Part shown: piece after piece, positions 44,241-55,286 of the stretch
How positions within the stretch are numbered: the first letter of the stretch is position 1
Layout: each line of letters starts with the position of its first letter
NCBI RefSeq assembly: GCF_000142905.1
Contig: NW_013657637.1
Span: forward strand, 124,001-188,000
Direction of reading: 5' to 3'
DNA length: 64,000 nucleotides
Origin: Thecamonas trahens ATCC 50062
Lineage: Eukaryota; Protista; Apusomonadida
Notes under the pieces: generated by a model
The model's database searches: none
Seen by the model: only the letters and a program-made list of their open reading frames with translations
Told to the model about the DNA's origin: nothing
Made by a program: the position numbers and the translations under genes

Positions 44241-46327
44241 ATGTCCGACCTTCCGCCCGGGTTTGAGGGCATGCCTGGTGGGGCTGCTGGAGGGGCTGGG
44301 GCTGGAGGGGCTGGGGCTGCGACTGGTGGTCCGCCTGGGTTTGGGGCTGTCGCTGGGGCTGGGGCTGGGGCTGGGGCTGGGGCTGGCGGCGGGCTCAATC
44401 CGAATGCGCCTGTGTGGCAAGGGGCGTGGACCAGCGTAGAGGCTAAGGAGCAAGAGGCGGACGGATCGAGCCGCAAGGGCAAGGCGGGCGGATCGAGCCG
44501 CAAGGACGTGTCGGGCACAGTGGATGGAGCTGGGAAGGGCCATAAGGCGGGAAAGGGTGGCAAGGCGGGGTCGAGCCGCAAAGGCAAGGCGGGCGGATCG
44601 AGCCGCAAGGACGTGTCGGGCACAGTGGATGGAGCTGGGAAGGGCCATAAGGCGGGAAAGGGTGGCAAGGCGGGGTCGAGCCGCAAAGGCAAGGCGGACG
44701 GATCGAGCCGCAAGGACGTGTCGGGCACAGTGGATGGAGCTGGGAAGGGCCATAAGGCGGGAAAGGGTGGCAAGGCGGGGTCGAGCCGCAAAGGCAAGGC
44801 GGACGGATCGAGCCGCAAGGACGTGTCGGGCACAGTGGATGGAGCTGGGAAGAGTCATAAGGCGGGAAAGGTGGCAAGGCGGACAAAGTGACAGACTCTG
44901 GCGCGGCTTGGGTCGCACCCAAGGTGGCCCCGATTGTCGCTCCGTACGAGGCAGATGTCGGCGTCGGCATTGGCGACGCGTGGAAAGTGGACGTTGACTC
45001 GGGCCGTGCGCATCTGCAGCTGCCAGAGGCGACGGTGGCGGGCCTGCGCGCGCGCGGGTGGGCAGCAAGTGCGGCGTCAGTCGCCGCTGCCGTGACCTAC
45101 GAGTCCAGGCTGGAGGCTGCGGCGGACGCTGCTGTTCGCTCCGCCTCGGTCGACGCCGTCGAGCACATCCTGCTCAACAGTCACCTGGCCAAGGCCAGCA
45201 TGGTCTCGACCCGGATTGACGGCTCCCCGCCTCGCGCTCTCCACGGCCCGGTCATTGTTCAGATTCAGAAGGTCCGCAACGTGGCGCAGGCCGTCCGCCA
45301 CGCCTCAGGCTTTGCGTTTGCTGCCAGTGACGATGACGATGAAACATCGATGAGCGATGATGACAGTGACGATGACGACACTGCCGGCGCCGATGCACTG
45401 CGCAAGCTGGCAGCGGCCTCCGAGAGTGTGCGGCTCAAGGTGAGATCGGCCGCGAGACTGGCCCGCGGCGGCAAGGCGCGGATGCTGCGCATGCTGGTCA
45501 CCGACGGAGCGACATCCTTTGCGGCCGTCGAGCACGAACCGCTGCCCATTCCGGACGAGGCGCTCATTCCCGGTGCAAAGATCCGGCTCGCTGGTACTGT
45601 CCGTGTCTTCAACGGTATTGTCTTCCTCGATCCGACATGTGTCACTGCACTGGGCGGGCGGGTCGAGACGCTTGCCGCGCGCTACGCCACCCATCAAGCC
45701 TCGCTTGCCCAGCCGGCCGTGGCGCAGGTCAAGCGCGCGCCGCGCTTTATCCCGTTTACCGCTGTGGATGCGCCTGCAGCGTCGGCGGCAGCATCGACCG
45801 AGCGTACGCGCGGCAACGGCAAGGGAAGCGGACGTGGCAAAGGAAGTGGACGTGGCAAGGGTGGCGGGCGCGGCAAGGGTGGCGGGCGCGGCAAGGGTGG
45901 CGGGCGCGGCAAGGATGGCGGACGCGGCAAGGGTAGCGGGCGAGGCAAGGGTGGCGGACGCGGCAAGGGCTTGAATCAGCAGGACACCAGCAAGGGTAGG
46001 GGCAAGGGCAAGGGCGAGGTCAAGGACAAGGCTGCGCCTGATGCTGATGGTGCTAGTGCTGATGGTGCGGCAAAGTCCAAGTCGACCCGTGGCCGCAGCC
46101 GTAACCGTAACCGCAACCGCAACCGCGGTCAACACTCTGGCCGTGGCCGCAACAACAACAACCGTGGCAGCGCGAAAGCAGACAGCGGGGGCGAAGCCAA
46201 GTCAGCCCGCAAGCCCGAGGCCAAGAGCGAGAGCGCTAGTGGCAGCCAGGCCAGACCAGGGCGGGGGCGGGGCAGATCGCGGCGGGGTGCGCCGCCGTCG
46301 CGCCGAGGCGCGCCACCGCGGCTGTAG
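44241..46327 (+). CDS. TDRD3/RMI1-N OB-fold protein with an N-terminal PAM2-like motif and RGG/RGK-rich tail; frameshift at 44870
   Basis: LHGPVIVQIQKVRNVA, RMLRMLVTDG..FAAVEH, PGAKIRL..NGIVFL...LGGRVE, then PRFIPF. The missing G is evident from the three preceding repeat copies. Confidence 0.82.
44460..44885. repeat. Coding tandem repeat, 105-bp unit x~4
   Basis: Encodes GSSRKDVSGTVDGAGKGHKAGKGGKAGSSRKGKA[G/D]. Identical phase at 44491 and 44701. Confidence 0.95.
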
Positions 46328-46339
46328 GTCGGCGTTTGT

Positions 46340-48165
46340 TTACACACGGTAAATGGTGCGGAGGGTGGTCTGCAGGTCGTGGATGATGCGGTCGTTGCGG
46401 ATCTTTGAGCGTTCGCGGCGGCGGGCCTCGCGCTTGGCGGCGAGCTTTGCAGCGAGGGACGGGCGGCGGGTGGGCGAGGTGGGCGGTGGGCGGACCGAGG
46501 AGTCTGCGCGGCGGGCCTTTGCGGCGGCCAGAGTCTTGAGCATGTTGCGCATGTATGCGTCGGTGTACCAATCGGTGAGGTCGAGGTCAAGCGGCGAGAG
46601 CGACTTGATGGTGTCCTCCATGTCCATGCGGCAGCCGGCCGGGTCTGAGTCGGGCTCGACGAGCACGTCCGGATCAAACATGGTGAGGTCGAGGAATGGC
46701 AGGCGGACAGTGGCGCCCATGCGGACCGAGTTTGCGAGGTCAACGTCGTCACCCGAGATCGTCTCGGTCGTCTTGACGAAACGGACGGCGGTCGAGGCTC
46801 GGTCGCGGGCGAGGCGCGGCGAGGCCGGAGCTGCGGTGGCAGCCGAAGCGGCGGCGGCCGAGGCCGCAGCGGCCAGGACCCTGTCGGCAGACGGCGAGGG
46901 CGGCGCGGCGGCAGCAGACGCCAGCAGTGACGCCTCGTGATCGTCGGCCGAGACCTGGAGCAGCAGGCGCTCGTCCTCGTCGAGGTTGCGCAGCGCCTTG
47001 GAGTTGGGCGAGGTGACAGAGGCCAGGCCGCTGGTGTTGAACTCGATGGTGCTGTTGAACTCGATGGTGCCCGGATTGTATGATGTTTCGTCGTCGTTGT
47101 CGTCGATGACAAAGGCCTGGTTGGAGATGGTGTCGAGGCCGGTGACTCGGTAGCCCGGGTCGCGGCGGACGGTGCCCATCTCATCATCAAGCTCGTCCGA
47201 GTCGATCTCATCGGCGGCGGCGTTTGCGGCAGCAACGGCGGCCGCCTGCTTGGCCTTGGCAGCAGCCAGCTCGGCAGCCGACTCGGCGGCGGCGCGGGCT
47301 TTGGCCTCGGCGGCCTCCTCGATGATGTGGACGACGTCCGAGGGTGAGCCGACGGCGTCGCCCTTGACCCACGGGTGCGAGAGGAGCATCGAGGCCGACG
47401 GCCGCGAGCGCGGCTCTTTGGTCAGAGCCTCGCTCAGAAAGTCGGCAAAGAGTGGCGACCAAGCATCGGGGTCTTCGAGCTTGGGCGGATCGCGCTTGGG
47501 CACCATGAACAGCACACGCATGGGATGGACCGAGGCATACGGCGGGAGCATCTGGGACATCTCGAAACAAGTGATGCCGAGCGACCACACATCGGCCTTG
47601 CCGTCGTAGCCCTGCTCCATGATGACCTCGGGCGCCATCCAGTACGGCGTGCCGACAAAGGTGTTGCGCTTGGAAAAGGTGTCGTGGAGTTGGCCCGAGA
47701 CGCCGAGATCAGCAAGCTTGACATGGCCGGAAGCGGTAAGGAGGATGTTCCCACCCTTGATGTCCCTGTGGAGGAACTTGTGCTTGTGCAGGTATTTGAG
47801 ACCCTCGAGCGACTCACGGACAATGAAGGCGATGACATGTTCCGGCAGCGGATGATTGAGATTGTCGAGGAGATCGGTGACCGAGCCGCCATCGCAGCAC
47901 TCCATGACGATCCATAGCGCAGAGCCTGTGTAGTACGAGGCTATGTAGTGGACAATGTTCCCATGCGAGACCTTGGACAGAATGGCTATCTCGTTCTCAT
48001 GTCAGCAAGATCCTCGCCCCGTTCCAGGAACACCTGCTTGACCGCAACAGTCTCGCCCGTCGCCACGCACCGCCCTGCGTACACATAGCCAAACGAGCCG
48101 CGCCCCAGCAGCACGCCCAGGTCATACAGCGCAGACGGGTCCTCCGACGACGGTTGTGCGGACAT
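46340..48165 (-). CDS. STE20/GCK (MST-like) Ser/Thr kinase; frameshift at ~47999
   Basis: EDPSALY, GRGSFG and VAVK. After adding one base the frame gives ENEIAIL, HRDIKGGN, DLG and KRNTFVGTPYWMAPEVI. Confidence 0.93.
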
Positions 48166-49716
48166 GGAGAGCGCGAGGGGTGGGGTGGGTGGCCGTGTGG
48201 TAGGGGGGGAGGGGGGGGGGGGAGGGGGGAGGGGGGGGGTGACGCCTTGGCTGCCGCCGCCTGTGGCCGACACGGTGGCAAGGCGAGGAGGGGCGGGAGG
48301 AAGAGGAGCTTGTGTTTGGGAGGTCTTGATATCAGCTACTCGGACTGATCATGCAAGTTAAGGGCAAGGGTGATGGAGGTATGGGTACGTGTGCATGCTT
48401 TGATGCTCATCTACGTCCTGGTCTCGCTCACGGGTGGGAGCTACCATGACCGGGATCGTGGGCAAGTGCATGGGCAGGGGCATAGCCCTGGTACCGTCGT
48501 CGTTGTGTGCATCGTGGAGATTGTTGTGGCCTTCCTGAAAAGAAAGGGGGCCACCAAGCTCGTCCTTGACAAATTGAACAAGAACAGAACTTGATCGAAA
48601 CCGAAGCACAACGTGTGTAGTGGAGTGCGCCGAGGGCGAAGCTGGCGTCTTTGACAGGTGGAGTCACGTCGCTAAATGGGTTGTCGTCGGTGCCTGGATT
48701 CCAGCAGCATTCAGTCCCGATTGAACCGGTATCAGCGCCACATCATATCTACACGGCTGATAAGGGAGTGCATACGACAGCTTGAAGAAAAACGCCGTGC
48801 CATGAGGAGCAATCATCCACAACATCGGACGGATGAGTCTGCCGCGGCGCCGCAGTGGCCATGATCACAAATTTTTTGCATCTGCAGCTTCACATTCATT
48901 AGGTGCTCATGATCGCATACTTGTGCGCCATCGCACATCAAGAGACAGACTGATGATCGCGATGTTTGCTGCGATCAAAGCGAGTGCCCCTGTCGACCTA
49001 TTTCGTCGCGATTCTCGGTCGGCCAGCTCGTTCTCTTTAACATCTTCGATGTCGTTGTCGTCGTCAACTTGCACAGGTACAAGTCGACCCACCATATCAG
49101 TAGTAGACTAGACCAAGATCGAGGAATTGATCGCATCCCAGCTACTTCTCCGCCGTGTCCACGCCACTTGCTTGATCTCGCCCAGATCTCTGTGTCTGCT
49201 CCTCTCCCCTCTCAAAGGACAGACCGCATACTCCAAGTATGAGTGTGGTCATCACCCTACCCACCACACACATGCACACGCACGAGTACCCCCCTCCCCC
49301 CCACACCCAGATCCCTCCCCTCTTTCTCTCTCTCTCTCTCTCCCCCCTCCCTCTTGCTGCACCTGATGATCTCGATCGTCATGGCATGTCCTCTGATCGG
49401 ATCCCCCCGCTCCCCTCTCCCCTCCCCCCCCCCCCCNNNNNNNNNNNNNNNNNNNNNNNNNNNNNNNNNNNNNNNNNNNNNNNNNNNNNNNNNNNNNNNN
49501 NNNNNNNNNNNNNNNNNNNNNNNNNNNNNNNNNNNNCCAAAAAAAAAAAGATTTTTTTTGCCCCCCCCCTTTTTTTTTTGGTGAGGGGGGGGATATAAAC
49601 GCCCCCCCTCCCCCCCCGGCCCATCCATCCATCCATCCATCTCTCGTCGAGTGACAGTGGGTGTGGCACTTGAGTGAGATAGACAGAGATAGACAGCTGC
49701 AGAGAGACAGACCAGC

Positions 49717-51366
49717 ATGCTTGCACGACAAACTGCTGTGCAGGACAAGAAACGGATGTGCGGTGTGCTTGAGCGGTTCTACATGCAAGAGCAAGTGTAC
49801 TCTGCCCTCAACGAGTGGCTGGACGACATGGCGAGGGGGAGCAGCCCACCGACGGCAAAGGCTTCGGCGCTCGGCCTCGCCTGGCGTCGACTTCAGCTTG
49901 GCCTCACGGCGGCTGGCTGCGGTTTCGGCTCGTATGAAGAGGTGGCGGCGGCGCTGAAGGAGAACGCCGATGTATGGGACGAGTATGTTTCGCTTGTCGG
50001 CGTTGATCTTCCGGCGAGCAAGTGCCTCACGGCGGCGCTGGAGATCATGCACGCTGCGCTGGCGACGGAACCGCTGGCGGCGCTGGTGGCCGAGGCATGC
50101 GGGCGCGATGGCAGTGAGCCGTTTGCCGGCTGGGAGCCGGTCATTCGCGCTACGGGCTCCGAGACCAAGTGGACGCTCTCGATGCCGCTGCCCGAGGCGC
50201 TGACTGATGCGCTGCACAACTCGGTGTGGGTGCCCAAGCGGCGCAAGCGCAAGGATCGGTTCGTGCCGACCAAGTCGCTGGCGGTGGCCATCAACGTCGA
50301 GCACGTGACCAAGCTGGCGGCGCGGTACACAGGCCCGCGGCCGGCCGAGGGCGATGTCGACGTCGAGCTCCTCTTCCTCCTCCTCTTCCAGTACAATGCG
50401 CTCGAGGGCGGCGGGTTCCAGGCTGCGCTCCCGGATCCGGTCTTTGATCTCCTTGCTGCGGCGCCGTTCCACGCCGACACCGAGGCCTTTGCCTCGCCGC
50501 TCAACGTCACGCTCCCGCGATACCACTCTGCACTCCCGGCCATCGATGCGGCCTTTGGCTCGTCGGGCTCGTTCTTTGACGCCATGCCCGATGCAGGCGT
50601 TGTGGAGGCCAATCCACCGTTTACCGAGCCGTTCATCACCCGCATGCTCGCACACATGCACAAGTGCCTTGCTGCAGCCTCTGGCCCGCTCACCTTTGTC
50701 GTCATCGTTCCGGCCTGGCGTCAGTCGCCGGCCTGGCTCGCGCTCACCACCTCGCCGCACGCCTCGCGGACCGCGGTGCTCCCTGCCGCTGAGCACGCAT
50801 ACTGCGAGGGCAAGCAGCATCTGCGCAAGACCCGCTTCCGACTCGCCTCTAACGACACCTCGATTGTCTTTTTGCAGAACGAACTCGCCGCCGCCTCGCT
50901 TACCATCACCGACGCCCATGTCGAGGCCATCGCCGCAGCCTTTGCCGCTCCGCTCGAAACCAGCCGCACCGCCCACGCCACCGGCGCCGACTCGCGCGCC
51001 TTTCGCGCCAATCGCGCCCAGGAGCGCAAGGACGCTCTTTCCTCGCACGTCCGCTCCGCCGTCGCCACTTCGAACTGGGCCTCGCTGTCCAAGTCGATGA
51101 AGGGCAAGGGCAAGGGCAAGGGCAAGGGTAAGGGCAAGGACAAGGATAAGGGCAAGAGCAAGGATAAGGGCAAGAGCAAGGATAAGGGCAAGAGCAAGGA
51201 TAAGGGCAAGAGCAAGGATAAGGGCAAGAGCAAGGATAAGAGCAAGAGCAAGAGCAAGAGCAAGAGCAAGAGCATGGACAATGACAAGGATCGCAAGCGC
51301 CGCCGCCATGGTGACGATGTCGATCACGCCTCCTCCCGCCAGTCCAAGCGCAGCAAACGCTCGTAG
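49717..51366 (+). CDS. PCIF1: PCIF1/CAPAM-family cap-adjacent adenosine N6-methyltransferase
   Basis: GGGFQAALP, EAFASPLN, FGSSGSFF, EANPPF (motif IV), FVVIVPAW, H.YCEG.QH and VFLQN; Lys-rich tail. Confidence 0.88.
   Translation: MLARQTAVQDKKRMCGVLERFYMQEQVYSALNEWLDDMARGSSPPTAKASALGLAWRRLQLGLTAAGCGFGSYEEVAAALKENADVWDEYVSLVGVDLPASKCLTAALEIMHAALATEPLAALVAEACGRDGSEPFAGWEPVIRATGSETKWTLSMPLPEALTDALHNSVWVPKRRKRKDRFVPTKSLAVAINVEHVTKLAARYTGPRPAEGDVDVELLFLLLFQYNALEGGGFQAALPDPVFDLLAAAPFHADTEAFASPLNVTLPRYHSALPAIDAAFGSSGSFFDAMPDAGVVEANPPFTEPFITRMLAHMHKCLAAASGPLTFVVIVPAWRQSPAWLALTTSPHASRTAVLPAAEHAYCEGKQHLRKTRFRLASNDTSIVFLQNELAAASLTITDAHVEAIAAAFAAPLETSRTAHATGADSRAFRANRAQERKDALSSHVRSAVATSNWASLSKSMKGKGKGKGKGKGKDKDKGKSKDKGKSKDKGKSKDKGKSKDKGKSKDKSKSKSKSKSKSMDNDKDRKRRRHGDDVDHASSRQSKRSKRS
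51099..51272. repeat. Coding 6/18-bp repeat (KG)n-(KGKSKD)n-(KS)n
   Basis: AAGGGCAAGAGCAAGGAT units read directly. Confidence 0.93.
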
Positions 51367-51811
51367 TCACACATCCCCGTCGCCACCCCCCACCTCCCAG
51401 TGGCATCAATCGCTTCGGTTAGATCAGGTCGGATGGGCCACCCACCAGGCGCCGTCGAATCCCTTCCATTCGCTGGCTGTTTTTTTTCCTTCACAAGCTG
51501 TGCCCCGGCAGGGAAACGACGCTGATGAGCCGCTGACCTCGACACGACATCCTTCATCTCCACCCCCGCCTCCGCATCGTCGAGTGCCTTTATAGTCACA
51601 TAGAGAAATCTGGGATAGCACTGAAAGGCTACGGTGCCCGTGGTGTAGAGGGTTGGCGGGCTGGGCTGGTTGGAGGTGGCCGGCAAAAGTGCGGAGCAAT
51701 AGCAAAACCGAGGCGGTTGAGCAAAAGAATGATTCCACGGAACTGTAGTGGGTTTTCCGGCATGGGCATGAAGGGCTAGCCTTGCCCGTACCACACGTCT
51801 TACCTGTTCCC

Positions 51812-53443
51812 ATGTACAGTTACCTGAAGAAGCCAAAGGAGAACAAGCTTGTGCAACTTGTGCTCAAAGCCGATTATGCATCTGGCGTTTACAGCGCGCC
51901 GCAGCCGCTCACGCGCGAGACTGCTATCACCGAGTGGATCGAGAGCAACGGGCTTCCGCCACCGACCGTGGCCTACGCCACCGGCAACGGGAATGTGGAG
52001 ACATCTGCAGCAGCGATCAAGTGCTCGTACGCCGTCTGTCCCGGATCAAGCGTGCTGCATGTGGCTGTGCTCAGTGGTTGGGTGGCACACGTGGCCGCGG
52101 TCGTTCAGGCCGGCGCCTCGGTTGGCGAGACGGGCGAGTGGACGTTCAACGCCAAGGTCACCGAGACCGGCTCTCAGCTGAACGCGCAACTTGCGACGGC
52201 CGCGGTGGATCCACGCTTTGCATTCCTGTTTGAGCGGCAAGGCGGGACTGCCCTCGATTTTGCGCGGCAGCTAGAAACGGCAGCGCGTTCGACCGGGGCG
52301 CTTCGGCGCGCGGTGCCGGGCGCCGCCTCCTCAGTGCCGTGCGACACGAAGGAAGAGGATCTGCGGTCTGCCGTGCGCATGTACCTCGAGTACGTAGAGT
52401 CCGGGGTGGGCGACGCGTGGCTGCTCGACACGACGGTGGAACATGAGCCGTTCTTGGCGCCGCGGCCGAGCTCGACCTACGCCAAGCTGGGCTCGTCGTC
52501 GATCATGGCCCCGCCGGTCGCGCGCGACGGTGCGGGAGCGTCGTCATCGTCAACCGTGAGTGGGTGGGCGTGCACGGCTCCAAAGAAGGCCCACATCGGT
52601 GGGCTTCCCGGGCTCCCCTCGTCATTGGCCGTTGTGGCCAGCGACGCGCTTGTGATCGACCCTGATGCGGTGCTGGGGCGCGGGGGCTTTGGCGTGGTGT
52701 ACAAGGGCCGGATGGGAGAGCGCGACGTGGCCGTCAAGCGCATCATTGATATGACACCCGCAGGACGGGAAGATCTCGAGCGCGAGGTCAAGGCCATGTA
52801 CAAGCTCAAGCACGCCAACATCGTCGCGTTCCTTGGCGTCTTTGACGCCAGCGACGACACAGTGATGATCGTGATGGAGTTTGTGCCATTCGGCTCGCTC
52901 CGGCACGTGGTGGACCAGGGGTACGAGATCGGTTCGCCTCTCGACGTCGCCACGTGCCTGTCGCTAGCGCTTGGCATTGCGCGTGGCATGGCCTACCTCC
53001 ACGCGTGTGAACCACCAATCCTGCACATGGATCTTAAGGCACTCAATGTGCTTGTTGGCGGGACGCGGGATGCGCCCGTGGCCAAGGTCTCGGACTTTGG
53101 GCTCGCGCGGATGCTCGCGACGTCGGGCGCTGCGACGACAAGTGTCGGTGGCACGATGGTGTTCATGCCGCCCGAGGCCATGGCTACGCCGCCGCGTCCG
53201 CGGCGCGCGTGGGACGTCTACGCTTTTGGCATCACACTCTTTGAGCTCACCACGGGCCGCTGGCCGTACATGGGCCTTGGCCTGCCGCTCATGTTTATCA
53301 TGCACCTCATCGCCAACGGGCACCGGCCGTCCGTGGACGCCATGGACGGACACCCTGTGCTCCAGGCACTGGCGCAGCGGTGCTGGACGCACGAGCCGTC
53401 GGACCGGCCAACGTTTGAGGCGATTGTGGCCGAACTCGAGTAG
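51812..53443 (+). CDS. Ankyrin-like repeat + TKL (RIPK/MLK-like) kinase
   Basis: SVLHVAVLSG...QAGASV and GTALDFA; kinase motifs GRGGFG, VAVK, HMDLKALN (non-RD), DFG and FMPPE. Confidence 0.88.
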   Translation: MYSYLKKPKENKLVQLVLKADYASGVYSAPQPLTRETAITEWIESNGLPPPTVAYATGNGNVETSAAAIKCSYAVCPGSSVLHVAVLSGWVAHVAAVVQAGASVGETGEWTFNAKVTETGSQLNAQLATAAVDPRFAFLFERQGGTALDFARQLETAARSTGALRRAVPGAASSVPCDTKEEDLRSAVRMYLEYVESGVGDAWLLDTTVEHEPFLAPRPSSTYAKLGSSSIMAPPVARDGAGASSSSTVSGWACTAPKKAHIGGLPGLPSSLAVVASDALVIDPDAVLGRGGFGVVYKGRMGERDVAVKRIIDMTPAGREDLEREVKAMYKLKHANIVAFLGVFDASDDTVMIVMEFVPFGSLRHVVDQGYEIGSPLDVATCLSLALGIARGMAYLHACEPPILHMDLKALNVLVGGTRDAPVAKVSDFGLARMLATSGAATTSVGGTMVFMPPEAMATPPRPRRAWDVYAFGITLFELTTGRWPYMGLGLPLMFIMHLIANGHRPSVDAMDGHPVLQALAQRCWTHEPSDRPTFEAIVAELE

Positions 53444-53580
53444 GAGGCGCGAGCGCTACAGCATGTAAAGGCGTGCATGCCATCAAGCCCCACTGGCGTG
53501 GCTATCGCCCGCGCGTACGTACGAGAAAGCCTGGAGGAGTGAAGGAGCCTTTCGGCGTGAACTGGGGACTCGGACTACCG

Positions 53581-54881
53581 TTACGATTGTGTCGAACGCG
53601 ACGACTTGCGATACAGCTGGTTCGAGAACCATTTCCGCACTCGCAACTTCAGCCTGGTCAAGTCGTTCCTATCGCACTCATCGCCGACAGATGCGACGCG
53701 ACTCACGAGGTCGTCCAAGTCTGGCTTTCCGGGATATCGGGTCTTTGAAGGAAGCATCGAGCGCGCATTGCGGAGAAGTTTCAGCTGCGCCTTTTTGAAC
53801 CGCTTGCGACGGGGCAACGCGTCCGACGCCGACGGCGCGCGCCGTCGCTTCCGCGACGGGCTTGCGGGGGTCACTGCAGGCGCTGCGGCCTCAGGCTGGA
53901 GCTTGTGGATGGGATCAAAATCCCATCCACTGGGAAAGAGGCTCGTCGAGCAATCCAGTAGCGGGTGTGGAAGCTCGGACGGCGTCGATGGCGTGTGTGC
54001 CTGCGTACTATGCGCGACCTCAGACGGCGAGACCAACTGTGGCCCCGCCGCTTCATGGGACGGCTGTGGTACGGGCGAGAGAGGGCACACCGCCGCATGC
54101 GAGCGCACGGGGTCAGGCAAGCCTGCCTTTCGCGGCGGATTTGCGAAGCTCTTCACCTTCACCGACGTCTCGCACATCACGCTGCCTGCAAAGAGGCGGT
54201 CCTCGGCGGCAAAGAGGTACAGCCGCCGATGGAAGATGCTGGCCGAGCCAGTGCCCGTGTTGGGGTGCAAAGCCGGACGCACGCGGGGGGAAGTAAGCAC
54301 ACTAGCCGGTACTCGGGATTCCCCGCCACAAATGCCAACAGTTGACCAAACACCGTCTCGGGCCCATGCCCATCCGATGAGCAGAGGCTCACGAGCTCAA
54401 ACACACTCGAAAACTCCGTATGGCTCGCATTCGGCGTCGTGTTCCACACCTCATCGGCCGCCACAAACACAAACTTGAGCCGCGGCGCCACCCTATCCAT
54501 CAGCGTCCGATCACTCTCCTTTCGCAAGTGCGCTGGCGCGGCCAACATCCTCGCCGCCAACGACTCGCCGCCAAACACCACCGCCAGATCCGCTGGGAAC
54601 ACCAGCTCGCCCTCCCACACAGCTGGCACACCTGCCGCCACCCCATTTTGCGTTGCCAATTCCGCACCTTCGTCCGACGACGACAACGGCGGAACAAAGG
54701 GCACGGTCAACGCTTGCCGGGGACCACCGCCAAGCACTTGCTGCACAAACCCATCCCCACCAGCAGCTCCTCGACCCCTACTCGTTGCCGTGTGTACGTT
54801 TGTCACTGTTGCAGACGTGCCTCCACTCGGCGAGACGCTGAACACGCCCGAGACGTCCACTGAGCTCCTCAAGTATGCCAT
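53581..54881 (-). CDS. Putative SPOC-domain + atypical homeodomain protein; frameshift in the C6 run at 54285-54290
   Basis: C-terminal RRKRFKKAQLKLL...TRYP...DDL...VRKWFSN is a homeodomain. N-terminal VWEGEL...ARML...RLKF...DEVW...FGQLLAFV...RRLYLF is SPOC-like and continuous across the repaired shift. Confidence 0.7.
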
Positions 54882-55286
54882 GGCTCTCCGGTCGAAAAAT
54901 GGACCGCCGTGAAGCACCACTGTAAAGCACCGCCGTGAGACGCCTCGTACACAATGGGAGGGTGGACTGGAGGTGGGACGTGCGGGGAGGGAAGATGTAG
55001 TGTGTCTATGGGTGTCTGTGGTGTCTGTGTGTGTCTATGTGTATATGCGTGTGTGGGACGGGGAATGAGGTGTATGGCTGTGGTGTCCAGGGGCTAGGTG
55101 TGCCGGCATGCTGCGCAGCATTCACTGAATATGCGAAACGCCGGCAGAAACAGAGGTCGCGAACACACAGCGATGGCAAAAAAAAGACGTTTTGTTCGTT
55201 TATTCGGCGTCCAGCAGTTGGTGGGCGCTCAGAGGAGACGATGTTGCGATCGTCGTCTGTATGAAGGGAGGGGTGTTGATGGAGGG

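Noticed and set aside
15667-46327. MSH5, XPF and OB-fold gene as a DNA-repair gene cluster
   Set aside because: They are spread over 30 kb among unrelated genes, and the OB-fold protein looks TDRD3-like; chance proximity is sufficient.
51636-51720. tRNA-like start GCCCGTGGTGTAG
   Set aside because: There is no T-loop (GTTCRA) and no cloverleaf.
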